A DNA stretch of 64,000 nucleotides from Caecitellus pseudoparvulus (Eukaryota; Protista; Bigyra: Bicosoecida), in the NCBI GenBank assembly GCA_965644315.1, contig CBFFRQ010000077.1, positions 62,001 through 126,000 of the forward strand, in the 5' to 3' direction. Positions 1 through 11,200 of this stretch are shown piece after piece (the stretch's first letter is position 1; each line of letters opens with the position of its first letter). A program made the position numbers and the translations under genes. The notes below the pieces were generated by a model. It saw nothing but the letters and a program-made list of their open reading frames with translations. It was not told the origin of the DNA and ran no database searches.

Positions 1-2016
1 CATGAACACACCCGGAACATCCAGCGCAGCGCCATGGGCGCCGGAGCACAGCATGCGGGCCGTGGCCAGGGCGGTGTCAGTGTCACTCTCGCTCCGCTCA
101 GCTGCAGCCAGCACTACTTCGGCCAGAACGCCACTCTCAGCCGGCGCCACCGCGGGCAGCGCTGCCACGAGCGCGGCTGCGATCGCAGTTGCTGTGCTGC
201 GTTGCGCAGCTCGGGCCGCCGCGTCTGCTGCTGCCTTGTGCGCTGCCTGCGTGGCTGCTGCGTTGGCCGCCACGGCAGCTTCCAGCGCAGCCATGTCGTC
301 ATCCTCCTCCTCTGGCGCGGTGACCGGCGCCGCCACACGCTTCTTCTTGGAGCGCTTCTTGCCCCTGCCCTTGCCCTTGGGCTTGGCCTGCTGTGCGCTT
401 CCTTGGGCAGCTGACACTGAGCGCGAGGGTGGTGCTGTGTCAGCCCGTGCATCTGTGACTCCTGGAGGCACAGTGGGTGACTCGCACCCTGCGCCCGCCT
501 CCACTGTCCCCACAAACTCTGAGGCGCCACATGCACCTTGGTCAGCTGCAAGCAGGGTGGGTGTGTCTTCGGCTGGGGCTGCGTCGGATGTGCTGCGTTT
601 CGAGGCAGGCGTTGACTCGCTGGTCTGTCGCGGCCGCCTGCTCACCCAAGCTCGGCGCAACTGGCGGTATGCACTTAGCAGCTCGGCGTGGCTGGGCTTC
701 TTGGTGACGAAGGGTATGCGGCGAATGCGCGGGTCTGTGCGGGGGAGAGGCAGGCTCCCATCCCCCGTGGCAACGGCCGTGGCACCGCTTGCACCCTGCT
801 CGGCTGGTGCGACGTGCTCGGCTGGCAGGGGCGGCGGCGCCACTGCTGCTGGCGGGCGCCACACCTGTCCCCCGGGCAGTGCGTCGAACGCCGCCGCGGC
901 AGCGACAGCAGCTGGCGCCAGGGGGGTGTACGTGTGCACGTGGGTGAGGCGGCCTGCGGCACTGTCTGGCATGCCGCCCCCACTGCCGTGCAGAATGCCC
1001 ACAGTGCCCTTGGAGGCCCCGACGAAGATGTGCGAGCAGCGGTCCAGCAGCGGTCGCCAGGAGGCCAGCAGCTCGTGCACCTTGACGGCCAGGTGCACTT
1101 CGTTGGCACGTCGCATTTGCGAGCCGATGCTGCGTGGGCGACCGCCACCTGTGTTGTCGCGGCGACTCTGGGCGCCGCCCTGCTTGGCCCGGTTGGTGTA
1201 GGCCCGCATGGTCTTGTGCAGGACACAGGTGTGGCCACAGGCGTGGTGGGAGGCGTGGGGCGGCCACTCGCCAGTGGGCAGCGTGCGCGCTCGCGCTGCG
1301 ACCAGGTCCTGCGCCACATCGACCAAGTCAACAGGCGTGACGTCAGCTGACTGGTCCAGCGCCGACAGTGTCGCCCACGCTGTCGCCTGCCGCTGTGCAT
1401 CGCTGCCAGAGACGCTGCTGGAGGGTGCACTGCCACTGCCGCCCTCTGCTGCTTCCTCTGCCGCTGCGGTGAGGGCGGCGTCAGCTGCCGCCTTGACAGC
1501 TTTGGGCAGTTGAGGGGGGGCGGCCTGGAAGACTCCCGCTGAGAAGGCGCCTGACCGGAACAGCAGCACTGCCCACAGGGCTCTGGGCCCGCCAGTGAGG
1601 ACGTCCGTGGGCATGGCAATGCAGGGTGGGAGCGAGGGATGTTCGTGCAGAACAGAGGCGAAGTTGCCGAAGTCGGCAGGCAGCAAGCACTTGTGCACGT
1701 GGGTGAGGCGGTCTCCCAGTGCTGCCTCGCCGCTCCCTGGCGCTGTCAACAGCAGGCTGGCCACGGGTGAATGCTGCCACAGTCTGCGTGCCGTGGCCTC
1801 CACTTCCTCTGCCGCAGAGGATTCGTGGGAGGACACACGGCTCAGGAGGGGCGGCGGAGACGGCAGCCCGCCGAGAGCCTGGCCGTGCGGCACCGCTGCA
1901 GAGAGCGTCGCCGCGTGTTCGGGGCTCTTGAAGTGTTCGCGCTGGGCAGCGACGTCAGGGAATGTCAGCCCGCACTTGCGGCATGTGGGCTGCCCCATGG
2001 CCGGGGTGTCCGACAT
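1..2016 (-). CDS. ANKZF1: ANKZF1/Vms1 family tRNA endonuclease/peptidyl-tRNA release factor (ribosome quality control); 3' end lies outside the window
   Basis: The minus frame from ATG 2016 (gccATG) appears open off the window edge, so it is absent from the ORF track. It has a C2H2 finger CRKCGLTFPDVAAQREHFKSPEH and VLRF1 motifs WAVLLFRSGAFSAGVF, LHKTMRAYTNRAKQGGAQSRRD, SIGSQMRRANE and RIRRIPFVTKKPSHAEL. Confidence 0.88.
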   Translation of the reverse strand, partial: MSDTPAMGQPTCRKCGLTFPDVAAQREHFKSPEHAATLSAAVPHGQALGGLPSPPPLLSRVSSHESSAAEEVEATARRLWQHSPVASLLLTAPGSGEAALGDRLTHVHKCLLPADFGNFASVLHEHPSLPPCIAMPTDVLTGGPRALWAVLLFRSGAFSAGVFQAAPPQLPKAVKAAADAALTAAAEEAAEGGSGSAPSSSVSGSDAQRQATAWATLSALDQSADVTPVDLVDVAQDLVAARARTLPTGEWPPHASHHACGHTCVLHKTMRAYTNRAKQGGAQSRRDNTGGGRPRSIGSQMRRANEVHLAVKVHELLASWRPLLDRCSHIFVGASKGTVGILHGSGGGMPDSAAGRLTHVHTYTPLAPAAVAAAAAFDALPGGQVWRPPAAVAPPPLPAEHVAPAEQGASGATAVATGDGSLPLPRTDPRIRRIPFVTKKPSHAELLSAYRQLRRAWVSRRPRQTSESTPASKRSTSDAAPAEDTPTLLAADQGACGASEFVGTVEAGAGCESPTVPPGVTDARADTAPPSRSVSAAQGSAQQAKPKGKGRGKKRSKKKRVAAPVTAPEEEDDDMAALEAAVAANAAATQAAHKAAADAAARAAQRSTATAIAAALVAALPAVAPAESGVLAEVVLAAAERSESDTDTALATARMLCSGAHGAALDVPGVFM

Positions 2017-2225
2017 GGCGACGGAACGGCGTGGTGGCAGGTGTTCAATTTCCGCACCTCACACGGTCGGCGCCAGCGGCTTCTGGCTTGCAGGGGACCT
2101 TCAAGACGCTGCAGTAATGCGTGCTTGAGATCAATGAAAAGCCGTACGCAGCCCATGCAGTGTGCGGTGAATTGTTGCGGGGCCGGCGAGTGTGAGGCGC
2201 CGTCCATTCCTGCCGTGCGCTGGCT

Positions 2226-5200
2226 TCACAGGTCGTCCCCCACAGACACTGTCATGGTGCCGCGCTTGAAGCCCTGCGTGGACATGCGGCCCACCTCGCC
2301 TCTCTGGCGCGTCCGCGCCGCCCCCAGCTGCATGACCATGCCGTCTGGCGCCTGCACGTGCAGTGCCGCGGCAGTTCCCACGTTCCCCGCTCCCCGCCGC
2401 GCCAAGTTGGAGAAAATGTCCGACAACGGCTTCGCCCGCGCCTGCCGGGCCCGCAGGTTGTCCAGCACCGCCCGGTCAGCGGCGCCACCCGCATTGATGT
2501 CTCGTGTGGGCAGGGACTGTGCCGTGCCAGACCTGCTGCGGCCATGGGGCGGCGAGGCCCCAGTGGCGGCGGAGCCGGCGGCGAAGGCGGCACTGTGTGC
2601 AGTTGACGCCAAGGCATGGCCTGGGCGCCCCCCCCCACCACGAGCCAGGGTGAGCACGACACTGTCTCGACACGTCTCCCACGGCGCAGCACTGTGCACG
2701 CCTGCAAAGGCATGCCCTGCACCGCGCAGCTGGGGTGCTGACGGTGCGCCCACCACCTCCACCGCCGTGGTGTCTGCTCCGACACTGCCGGCGCGCCCAG
2801 AGCCCCCTGCCGTGCGCCGAGCACGCAGCTCAGCGGACAACCCACCGCCCTCCACCTGGGCTGCTGTGACAGCCGTCACAACGCCGTTCTCGTCGCGGTG
2901 CAGTGCCGACACGCCGGTGCCTAGGACGATGGTGAAGTCCCCAGGCCCGGCCTCAGCGGCGCGGGGGGGGGTCAGGCCCGCACGCAGCATCTGAGCCAAA
3001 CCGCCGGCATACGTGCCAGGCGGCCCCGACGCCACCCCCCTCCCGCTGGACGTGTGCAGCTCCTTGATGCGTTCAAACACGTTGTGCGCGATGAGGTCCT
3101 TGGCGGTGCGCAGGATGGACTGCTCGTAGCCGTAGGCGCCCAGCATGCCCTGGATGGTGTCGCGAAACGCACCATACTCCCGCGCACCATACTGCCGCAG
3201 CACCTTCTCCAACAGCATGTCCAGCGGCAGCACCCGCCGCATAGCATCCAGCACAGACATGGTGCTCTGCCGCAGCAGCTCCTCGCTGGCGCGCAGAGCA
3301 GTCAGGTCACTGGCAGCGGAGCTGGCGCGTTCGATGGCGCGTGAGTCAGACTCTGACACGTCGTCGTAGCCCCTGAACCGGGCGGCCTCTGCCGCTGCGG
3401 CGGCGGTGTCCTGTTGCAACGCGACGAGGGAGTCCAGGAGCGCCAGCCACAGGCATGCGCCGTGGACGAGGTCTTGTGAGTCGTCAATGTGCGGGAGGTG
3501 TGAGGAGTGGCCTCTGGCGTGGTGGTGGCTGGTGTGGGGGGAGGTGGAGGGCGGTGCGAGCAGGGAGGGCGACTGCTGCGCCACGAGGCGCAGGCGTTGA
3601 CGGATGGACTCCCCGCCCGCCAGCAGCACGCCCTCGTCCGTATTACGCTGACACAGGTCCAGCGCGAACTGCAGCTGCGCGTGGAAGTCTGCCAGGCTAG
3701 TCTGCAGCTCAGGCACCTGCGCCTCCAACACCACTGCCTGCAGCCAGGACTCCGATGACAGCTCCGCCAGCTGTGATGCCTGGCGCGGCTCCAGTGGTGC
3801 GCCCTGCTGTGCATCGCCCTCTGCCGCATGGGCCAGGGCGGCGGCAGCTGTCCCTGCGAAATCGCGCTGCTGCAGCGTAGGCCGCAGGGAGGCCGACACG
3901 CCCCGCATGCGCCCCGCCATGGACGGACCGTGCGCAGCGCTGCGAGAGGGTGCCCTGCGCCCCGCCAGAGATGCACGTGTGTCGCGCCGGGTGGCGGTGG
4001 CAGTGGGCGAGGTGCTACTCTGTCCGTCGCCGCCTTCGCCCCCCTCGGAGCTGATGAGGCCCACCGCGATACGGCAGGCGGCCTGGGAGAGGGGCGCGCG
4101 GAGGGCATCCAGTGCCCCTGCTAGGGCCTGCACCAGCACTGCCAGGGCGGACAGCGGCGCAGCCTTGCGCTCCAGAATGAAGGCTGTGGCTTCGTGGCGG
4201 GGCGTGCGGGACAGTACGCCTAGTGTGACCTCCAACGGCACGTCCTCATGCTGCTGCAGGTAGGGTAGGACCTCGCCCGGGGCGAACTCACACAGCAGCT
4301 CCACGTAGCGAAGGTGCAGCTCTGGCGTGATGGAGATGGAGCTGTGGGCCATCAAGCTGTCCATGCTGTCCTGGCCGTACACGCCGCCCCACACCGGCGG
4401 CGTGGACAGCATCACCATTGTGCCGGGGCGCAGGCTGGCGCTGGGCGGCGGCGCTGCGTCCAGCACCTGGGCAGGCGACGGCGGCACCCTGTCTGCGCCG
4501 CCGAACAGCCCACTCACCACCTGCTGCACTGCCCGTCCCAGCTGCAGGCCTGTGTGCTTGGCAGGGTGGGTGTCAGGGGCGGCAGGCTTGGCGGCGGCCG
4601 CTGCGGCTGCTGCGGCAGGGGGCGCTGTGCCTGGTGGAAGCACGCGACCACGGGCGACGTCAATGGCCATGCCAACGAGGTGCTGGTCGCGCGAGACGAC
4701 CTCCAGCCCCGATGGCGTCCACCCCAGCGTCAGCGGCAGTGCCCGCACAATGTGCAGCGGCATGCCGCTCGCCGCCACATACCGACGCAGCGGGCCAGGG
4801 ATACCGGCGGGGTCTGCAGGCTGCAGGGAACGGGCTCCCAGCCAGATCTGCGCTGTGAGGGCGCAGTCGAAGCCGAGGGGCGGCAAAGGCGCCGCATCGC
4901 CGCCCAGGGCTGGCACGTATGCGAAGCACAGGGGCCCCTCTGAGGCGTCTGCCCCCCCCACGGCGGCAGTCCGCACCCCCGCCCCTGTCAGTGGCGTGGC
5001 GCTGCCATGTGCACCACCGTGCTGGCCTGAGGCGCCGCTGGGCGGCATCCACAGGTCGTCTGCGGCACGGTCGTCCTCTGCGCGCTGCCGCTTGGCGAGG
5101 TGCCCCATGAGCTGGCGGCGGTAGCGGAACTCGTACAGGCGCCCATCTGCCGCCTGCTGCAGGGAGGTGAGGACTTTCTGCACCGAGCCAGGGAAGCGCT

Positions 5201-8200
5201 CCACCACCACGCGCGCAGTGCCGTCTGCGTCCACCTTGACCAGGTCGCTCAGCTTGCCCAGCACGATGGAGCGGATGAAAGCGAGGCGGGCGGCGCCGGT
5301 GGATGAGGGCGTCACTTCGGCGTCGTCGTCGTGGAAGCCGCGTTGCCGGGCTGCGTGAGCGGGGTCGCTGTCTTCACTGTGGTCGGTGTCCGATGAGTCA
5401 CCTGAGTCAGAGCGCGTGCGCCGGCGCCAGGAGGTCGCCCCGCTCCCCCCTGCCCCCGCCATGCCCAGCAGGGCCCCCACCTCGCCCCGCTGCAGCACCC
5501 GCCGACGCCGCACAGGCGCAAAGGACATGCTGGCTGCCTCCAGCGCCTCAGCGCGGGCAGTTGTCGCCTGTGCTTCGGCCTGGGCGCACAGCGCCTCGTC
5601 GCGAATGTACAGCAGCGCGTGAGCTTGCATGGCGCGATCTGGGTCGCGCAGGAACGCCGCCACCGCCGCGCCGCTGACGCCTTCCAGCCTGTGCAGCAGT
5701 GCCTCCACTCGTGGCAGGGCTATGGCCGGGTGGGACACCACAGCGACGAGGTGTCGGTACAGACCCTCCGAGCGCGGGGGACACCGCACCAGCACCCGCA
5801 GCAGGAGGCTCTGCCAGACGTTCAGCACGACGGTGCGCTCCTCGCGACCTGTGGTCGGGGCAAAGGTCGGGTCCTCTGCGTGTCGCACGCGCCACACGGC
5901 TGCGCGCAGAGCCAGCCACGTACACACCCGGCGCAGCAGGCCTTCAGGTGGCGCGAACACTGCGTGGGCGACGGTGCTGCCACCACCCGCATCTGCACCG
6001 TACGCCTCCACCCCCGCCACACAGACATCCTGGTGTGTGGCGGGTGCATGGCTCACCTGAGTGGACGCACGGGCCCTGTCCACGACATCCGCGAGGCTGG
6101 CACCCGTGGCCTGCGCCGCGTGCAGGCGAGCTGCGTCGGCTCGCGCCACCTCCACCAGGCGCGGGGTGGGGAAGGGGTATGGCCGAGGCAGCGCCGACAG
6201 CAGGCGCGCCAGGAATAAGTACAGTGGGGCGCCGACATCCTCTGCACCCCAGGCATCGCTCCCGAGGCCGCCGCTGGCGCTGGCGCCACCCTCTTCAGAC
6301 GCTTGCTCCCACAGCGCCCACTGCTGCGCGGCCACCTTGCCCAGCATGCTACCGACCTTGCCCCAGCGGCTGCCTTTCTTCAGGCCGCCCTTGCGGGGGG
6401 CTGACGCTGCACCGCCACTCCCTTTGGGCAGGCTGGAGGGGGGGGGTGCCACCAGGCTGGACAGTTCCCGCTGCACACCCGCATCGCCAAGCACGGATGG
6501 GACACACAGAGGGGGCAGGTACGTGCCGATACTCGCGTGCAGCGCGCCCATGAACTCCCCGTGTGGGAGGGGGTCGGCCCCTGCGACGCGCTGTGCCAGG
6601 GTCGGCATCGCGTCGCGGCGTGCGGCGGCCTCCTCGTCGCCCTCATCCAACGCCTGACAGGCGGGGTCTGTGGCACAGGGCAGTTGCCGGCCCCCGAACA
6701 GTGCCCGCAGCTGGGCGGCCACACCCGGCGCCACCTTGTCTGGCACGTACCGGTACACAAAGGAACGCTCCTCCAGCAGCCACGCCTGCGTGATGGAGTC
6801 CACGCTCTGGGCAGCCCACGCCTGCGGGAAGCCAAACGACCCCGCCACAGCGTCCGCCACAGACGCCACCGCTGCATCGTGGGTGCAGACAGAGGTGCGG
6901 GCGACGGGGGCCCCCTGCAGCAGGGCGTTCAGGCTGGCCACCAGGCCCTCCCGCACCCGCACCAGCAGGGGCTTGGCCAGCGCATCCAGGAACTCCCCAA
7001 AGCCGTGCATGTTGGCCAGGGCCAGGCCCTGCAGGCGGGGGTAGGGGCCGGGGAGAGCTTGCACGGCTTGCAAGGAGGGGTCGGGAGGGGGGGCTTCCCG
7101 GCCCGTTGACCCCCCCTCCCGCCCCACCACTGCCTCCTCCCCCACCAACATGGGCTTGGCGGGCAGCATGCCGCTGGAGACGGCGGGGAAGCGGTCGGGG
7201 TCGCGGGTCCACAGCGCCGCCACGACCTGAGATCGCGCCGTCTCGGCCAGCCCCGCCTCCTGTGCCCGCCCCCACGGGAACTCGCACCCTTCCGCGGTGT
7301 GGTACAGGTACAGCAGCAGCTGCGCCGCCACCGCGTCGGCTGCTGTGTACACTGTCGGGCGTTCTTCTTTGCTGAGCAGCTTGCCTGCCGTGGTGGCGAG
7401 GCGGCGGCGGCCTCGAGGGCGGCTGCCGATCTGGGCTGTCGCGGCGGCGGCAGCGGCCTCAGAGTCCATCTCAGCCAGGATGCTGGCCACAGAGTGCGCC
7501 TGTCGGTGTGAGGGCGTGTCGGTTCGGGAGGTGCCGGCAGACAGGGCGTGTTGCGCTGTTCCGGCTGACACCTGCTTGGTGGCTGATGCGTCGGAGAGGA
7601 GTGCAAGGGGCACCTCGGGGATGTGTGTTCCGGGTGCGACGTGGGGGTGGTACGGAACACACGCACACAGCAGAATGTCCAGGGGCGTCACGTAGTCCAC
7701 GAGCCCCCGGCTGAACACGGCGATGAGAGCGCAGAACAGCCGGTGTGCCAGGCACAGTTTGATGGCGAAGTTGGTGTCCAGGGTGGCCAGCGACAGGTGT
7801 AGAAGGCAACGCTCCACTGCTGACAGGTTGCCGATGGACGCGTAGTGCCCAACGAGGGCCTGCATGATGGTGGGGTCCAGTGTCGAGACGCGGTCGTTCA
7901 GGATGTACGGTTCGAGGGTTTCCAGGAACAGTCCCGTGGGGGCGCGCCCGGCGGCCTTGAACCTGTCGAAAATGTGCGTGAACAGCAAATCCAAACACCC
8001 CACCCCGACACAGTAGTCGATGCAGACGGCTGCCTGCATGCGCCAGTGGCTGAGGAATTCCGGTGCGATGCTGCTGTACACTTCGGGCAGTTTCGGGTTG
8101 GGCAGCTGCCCCGGCTGCAGGGCGGCGTCGGGGGCGTGTTCCACGACACTGGAGACGTACCGCACGAGGACACCCTTGACTTCATCCATCACCGTGTGCG

Positions 8201-11200
8201 GCACGGGGTTGGCGCGCAGCCCCGCCAAGTACGCGCGCTCGGCATCCCGCAGACGCCCATCGGGGGACTGTGCCCGCGCCCTGCGCTCAGCCAGCATGAG
8301 CTGCAGCATGGCGTCTTTGAACTGCGCCACAAAGTGATCCTGCGCCAGGGCCAGCGCTGGCATCCACTGGTTGTCGTCTGCCAGCACGCTCACGCGCTGG
8401 CGCCAGGTCTGCAGGCGCACGGCGTGCAGGGAGTTCTCCCCCAGTAGGAACAGGCGCCCATCGCCGTCGGGAAAGGCAGAGGGGTACAGGCTGTCAGTGG
8501 CGCCGATGCGCACTTCCGTGGTGGAGTCCTTGCCAGGTGCGGCAGCGCCCCAGGTGGCCTGGCCACGCTCCACACCCAGCATGGCTTCCCGGGCGGCAGT
8601 GACGAGAGACACGTGTTCTGTGCTGGTGACGTCCAGCTCGCGCAGGGTGATGGTGTCTAGCACCATCAGCCGCAAATCACAGGTGAGAATGGCCAGGTGT
8701 GACTCGCCCAGCCACGCCAGGGACACGATGGGGGCGCTGCACAGCACGTCGTCCGTAGGCACCAACCAGACATGCCCCCGTCCCAGCACCGGCTCCAGGG
8801 CACGGAGCTGCTCAGGGCCTTGCAGGGGCGGACGGGCGGGGTCAGGCGCCGTCGCGTAATACGGTGTCGTGAAGTCCGGGTGGAAGCCGCCCCGAGGCTG
8901 CACTTGCAGCAGCTGCAGGTGTCGTCCCCATGCCCGCGCCAGCACAGGCAGCGCGAACGTCGTCGCGACACCCACAATGCTGGGCACAGTGGCTGGACCC
9001 TCCAGCCCCGACACGCCTGAGCCCTCCGAAGCTGTGGAGTACGCAGACACCGTTCGGCGGCCCCTGCCTCCAGGCTGGGGAGGTGCGTCGGCGTCAGCAG
9101 CGAACGCCGGCAACGCCACGCACTGCACCCGGAAACCCCGCACTCGCGCACGCCCCCACGCCGTGACGGGCAGCACGCCGTCAGGGGCGTCGGGGGGCTT
9201 GCCCCACACGAAGCAGGACATGATGGGCGGCGCCAGGGACACGATGTGCGTGGCGTTGGAGCGGGTTATGGCCAGCAGTGTGCCGGTGTTGGCCAGTGCC
9301 ACCAGGTCCGTGACGGGCAGTGCCGCGGCAGTGGCGTCGGCGGCACCGCTGCCTCCTTGTGCGCTGCTCGCCTGTAGGCGCACCCGTGAGGCCCCCCGTG
9401 TCCGGCTGTCCACAGCAGCCGCGGCAGTGGAGGGTGCGTGGGAAGGCAGGAGCACTGACAGAGCCAGCGTCGGCCCGCTGCGTGCGCCGTCCATGAGGCA
9501 GACACTCTCCACACTCCACTTGCGCCAGAAGGAGCTGAAAGACACTGTGTGCAGGTGCACACTACCACGTGCGTCAGTGACCACCAGGGCGGGTGGTGGC
9601 GCGTCGTCAGTGCCGGCACTGGCCAGCAGCGCCCCAGGCGCGACGACACCTGGCGCGTCACTGCGCTCCCACCCAGACACGAACCGCACAGCTGTCACAG
9701 GCGCTGACGGGCCGGCGATGATGCGGCCGCCCCCTGCGCCCTCCTCGCTGGAGGCCGGTGGCTCGATGTCCACAACCGTCGTTCCCCGCGTCACGTCGAA
9801 CACCGTCACGCGGCCGCTGGCGAACCCGGCAGCCAGCAGGTCCAGACGCTTATCCCGCCCCAGGAACCCCGCGTAGGCTGTTGTGACCATGTGCAGAGCC
9901 GTGACATGGCCATCCGTGGCTGTACGGCGCCCCGAGGCAGCCCCCGTGCCTGCCCGGCTCAACACCGCGCGCTGTTGCTGGTAGTGGTCGTACACCAGCA
10001 CGACACTGCGGGTGGTGCCCAGGCCGATGAAGCGTCGGCTGGTCGCAACGCAGGTCGCACGCCCGAACCCCAGCGCCGTGCTGGTGTTGCCCTTGAGCAA
10101 CTCTGATGAGATGGCGGGCAGGACGTCCATACGGATGACGCCAGTGGCGGCGCCCCCTGCCAGGGCGGCAGTGGCATCCCCTGCCCCCTCATCCATCCCA
10201 AAGCCAGTCAGTTCCCGGCGCACGCCCTCCGCCACGACATCTCGTACAGCGGCAGCAGCGCCCTTGCGCAGGAGGGAGCGCCCCCCCTCCCTGTACTGCG
10301 TCCCAGCACCACCCCCCACGAGAGGGATGCCGCCAGGACCCAGGGTGAGGCCATGGGAGGCGGCGGAGAGAGCGCCCCCCCGGCCCTGCACGCCGGTGCG
10401 CACCGAGTGGGGGTCTTCCTGCCGGTGCAGGGACAGCGGGCTGGCCATGGATGTGTTGCCGCCCGCTGTGATGGTGGTGGTGAACTCAGCTGCGGCGGCC
10501 ACCAGACCCCCCCCCGCGTCTGCCAGTGCCGTCACCAGCATGCCCATGGGGGCCAGCATGACACAGGCGTCATTGTGAGGGGGGGGCAGGCTGGCCGGCA
10601 CACCTGCACCGCCAGCCTGCGCGTCGCTTTCAGGCGCCCCCGGACTGTCCAGCTCACTCTGCCACGCAGGCGGCAGACTGGCCAGCACATCCTGCATGTC
10701 GTCGCCTCCCCCGTCGCCGAGGTCGGGCGAGTCACTGCGCGAGTCACTGCTGGAGTCGCTGTCCAGGGAACTGCCGCCCTCCCCCAGCTCTGCCAGGATG
10801 CCTTCCACCGTCAGGTCGCCATCGGCGGTCGTGAGGGGGGGGGCGTGGCTGCCGCCGTCCCCGGCACTGTCTGCGCCAGAGCCAGCGTCGCTGTCGCCGT
10901 CACTGACCCCGCCAAGAGCTGCCTCCAACTCAGCCTCTTCGTCCCGCAGCACTTGTGATGGGTGCACAGGAGCAGGTTGTGCCAGGCCAGTACCCTGTGG
11001 GGTGGAGCAGTGCGGGTGGCAAGCGTGGGCTGGATGGCAGCACAGGTGCAGTGCACCACACACCTGCCTGCTGCCTGGCATTCTGCGCAGGGTGGGGCAG
11101 GCACAGCAGAAGGGCGTGTGTGATCCACCAGACACGGGCTTGCAACACCTCACACACCCTGTGCCCGCGTCTTCGTCGCTCTCTTCAGCCAGAAGCGCTT

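Noticed and set aside
2-1201. 399-aa plus-strand ORF (also 1208-1513 and 1595-2128)
   Set aside because: Antisense shadow of the minus-strand ANKZF1 frame; no recognisable motifs.
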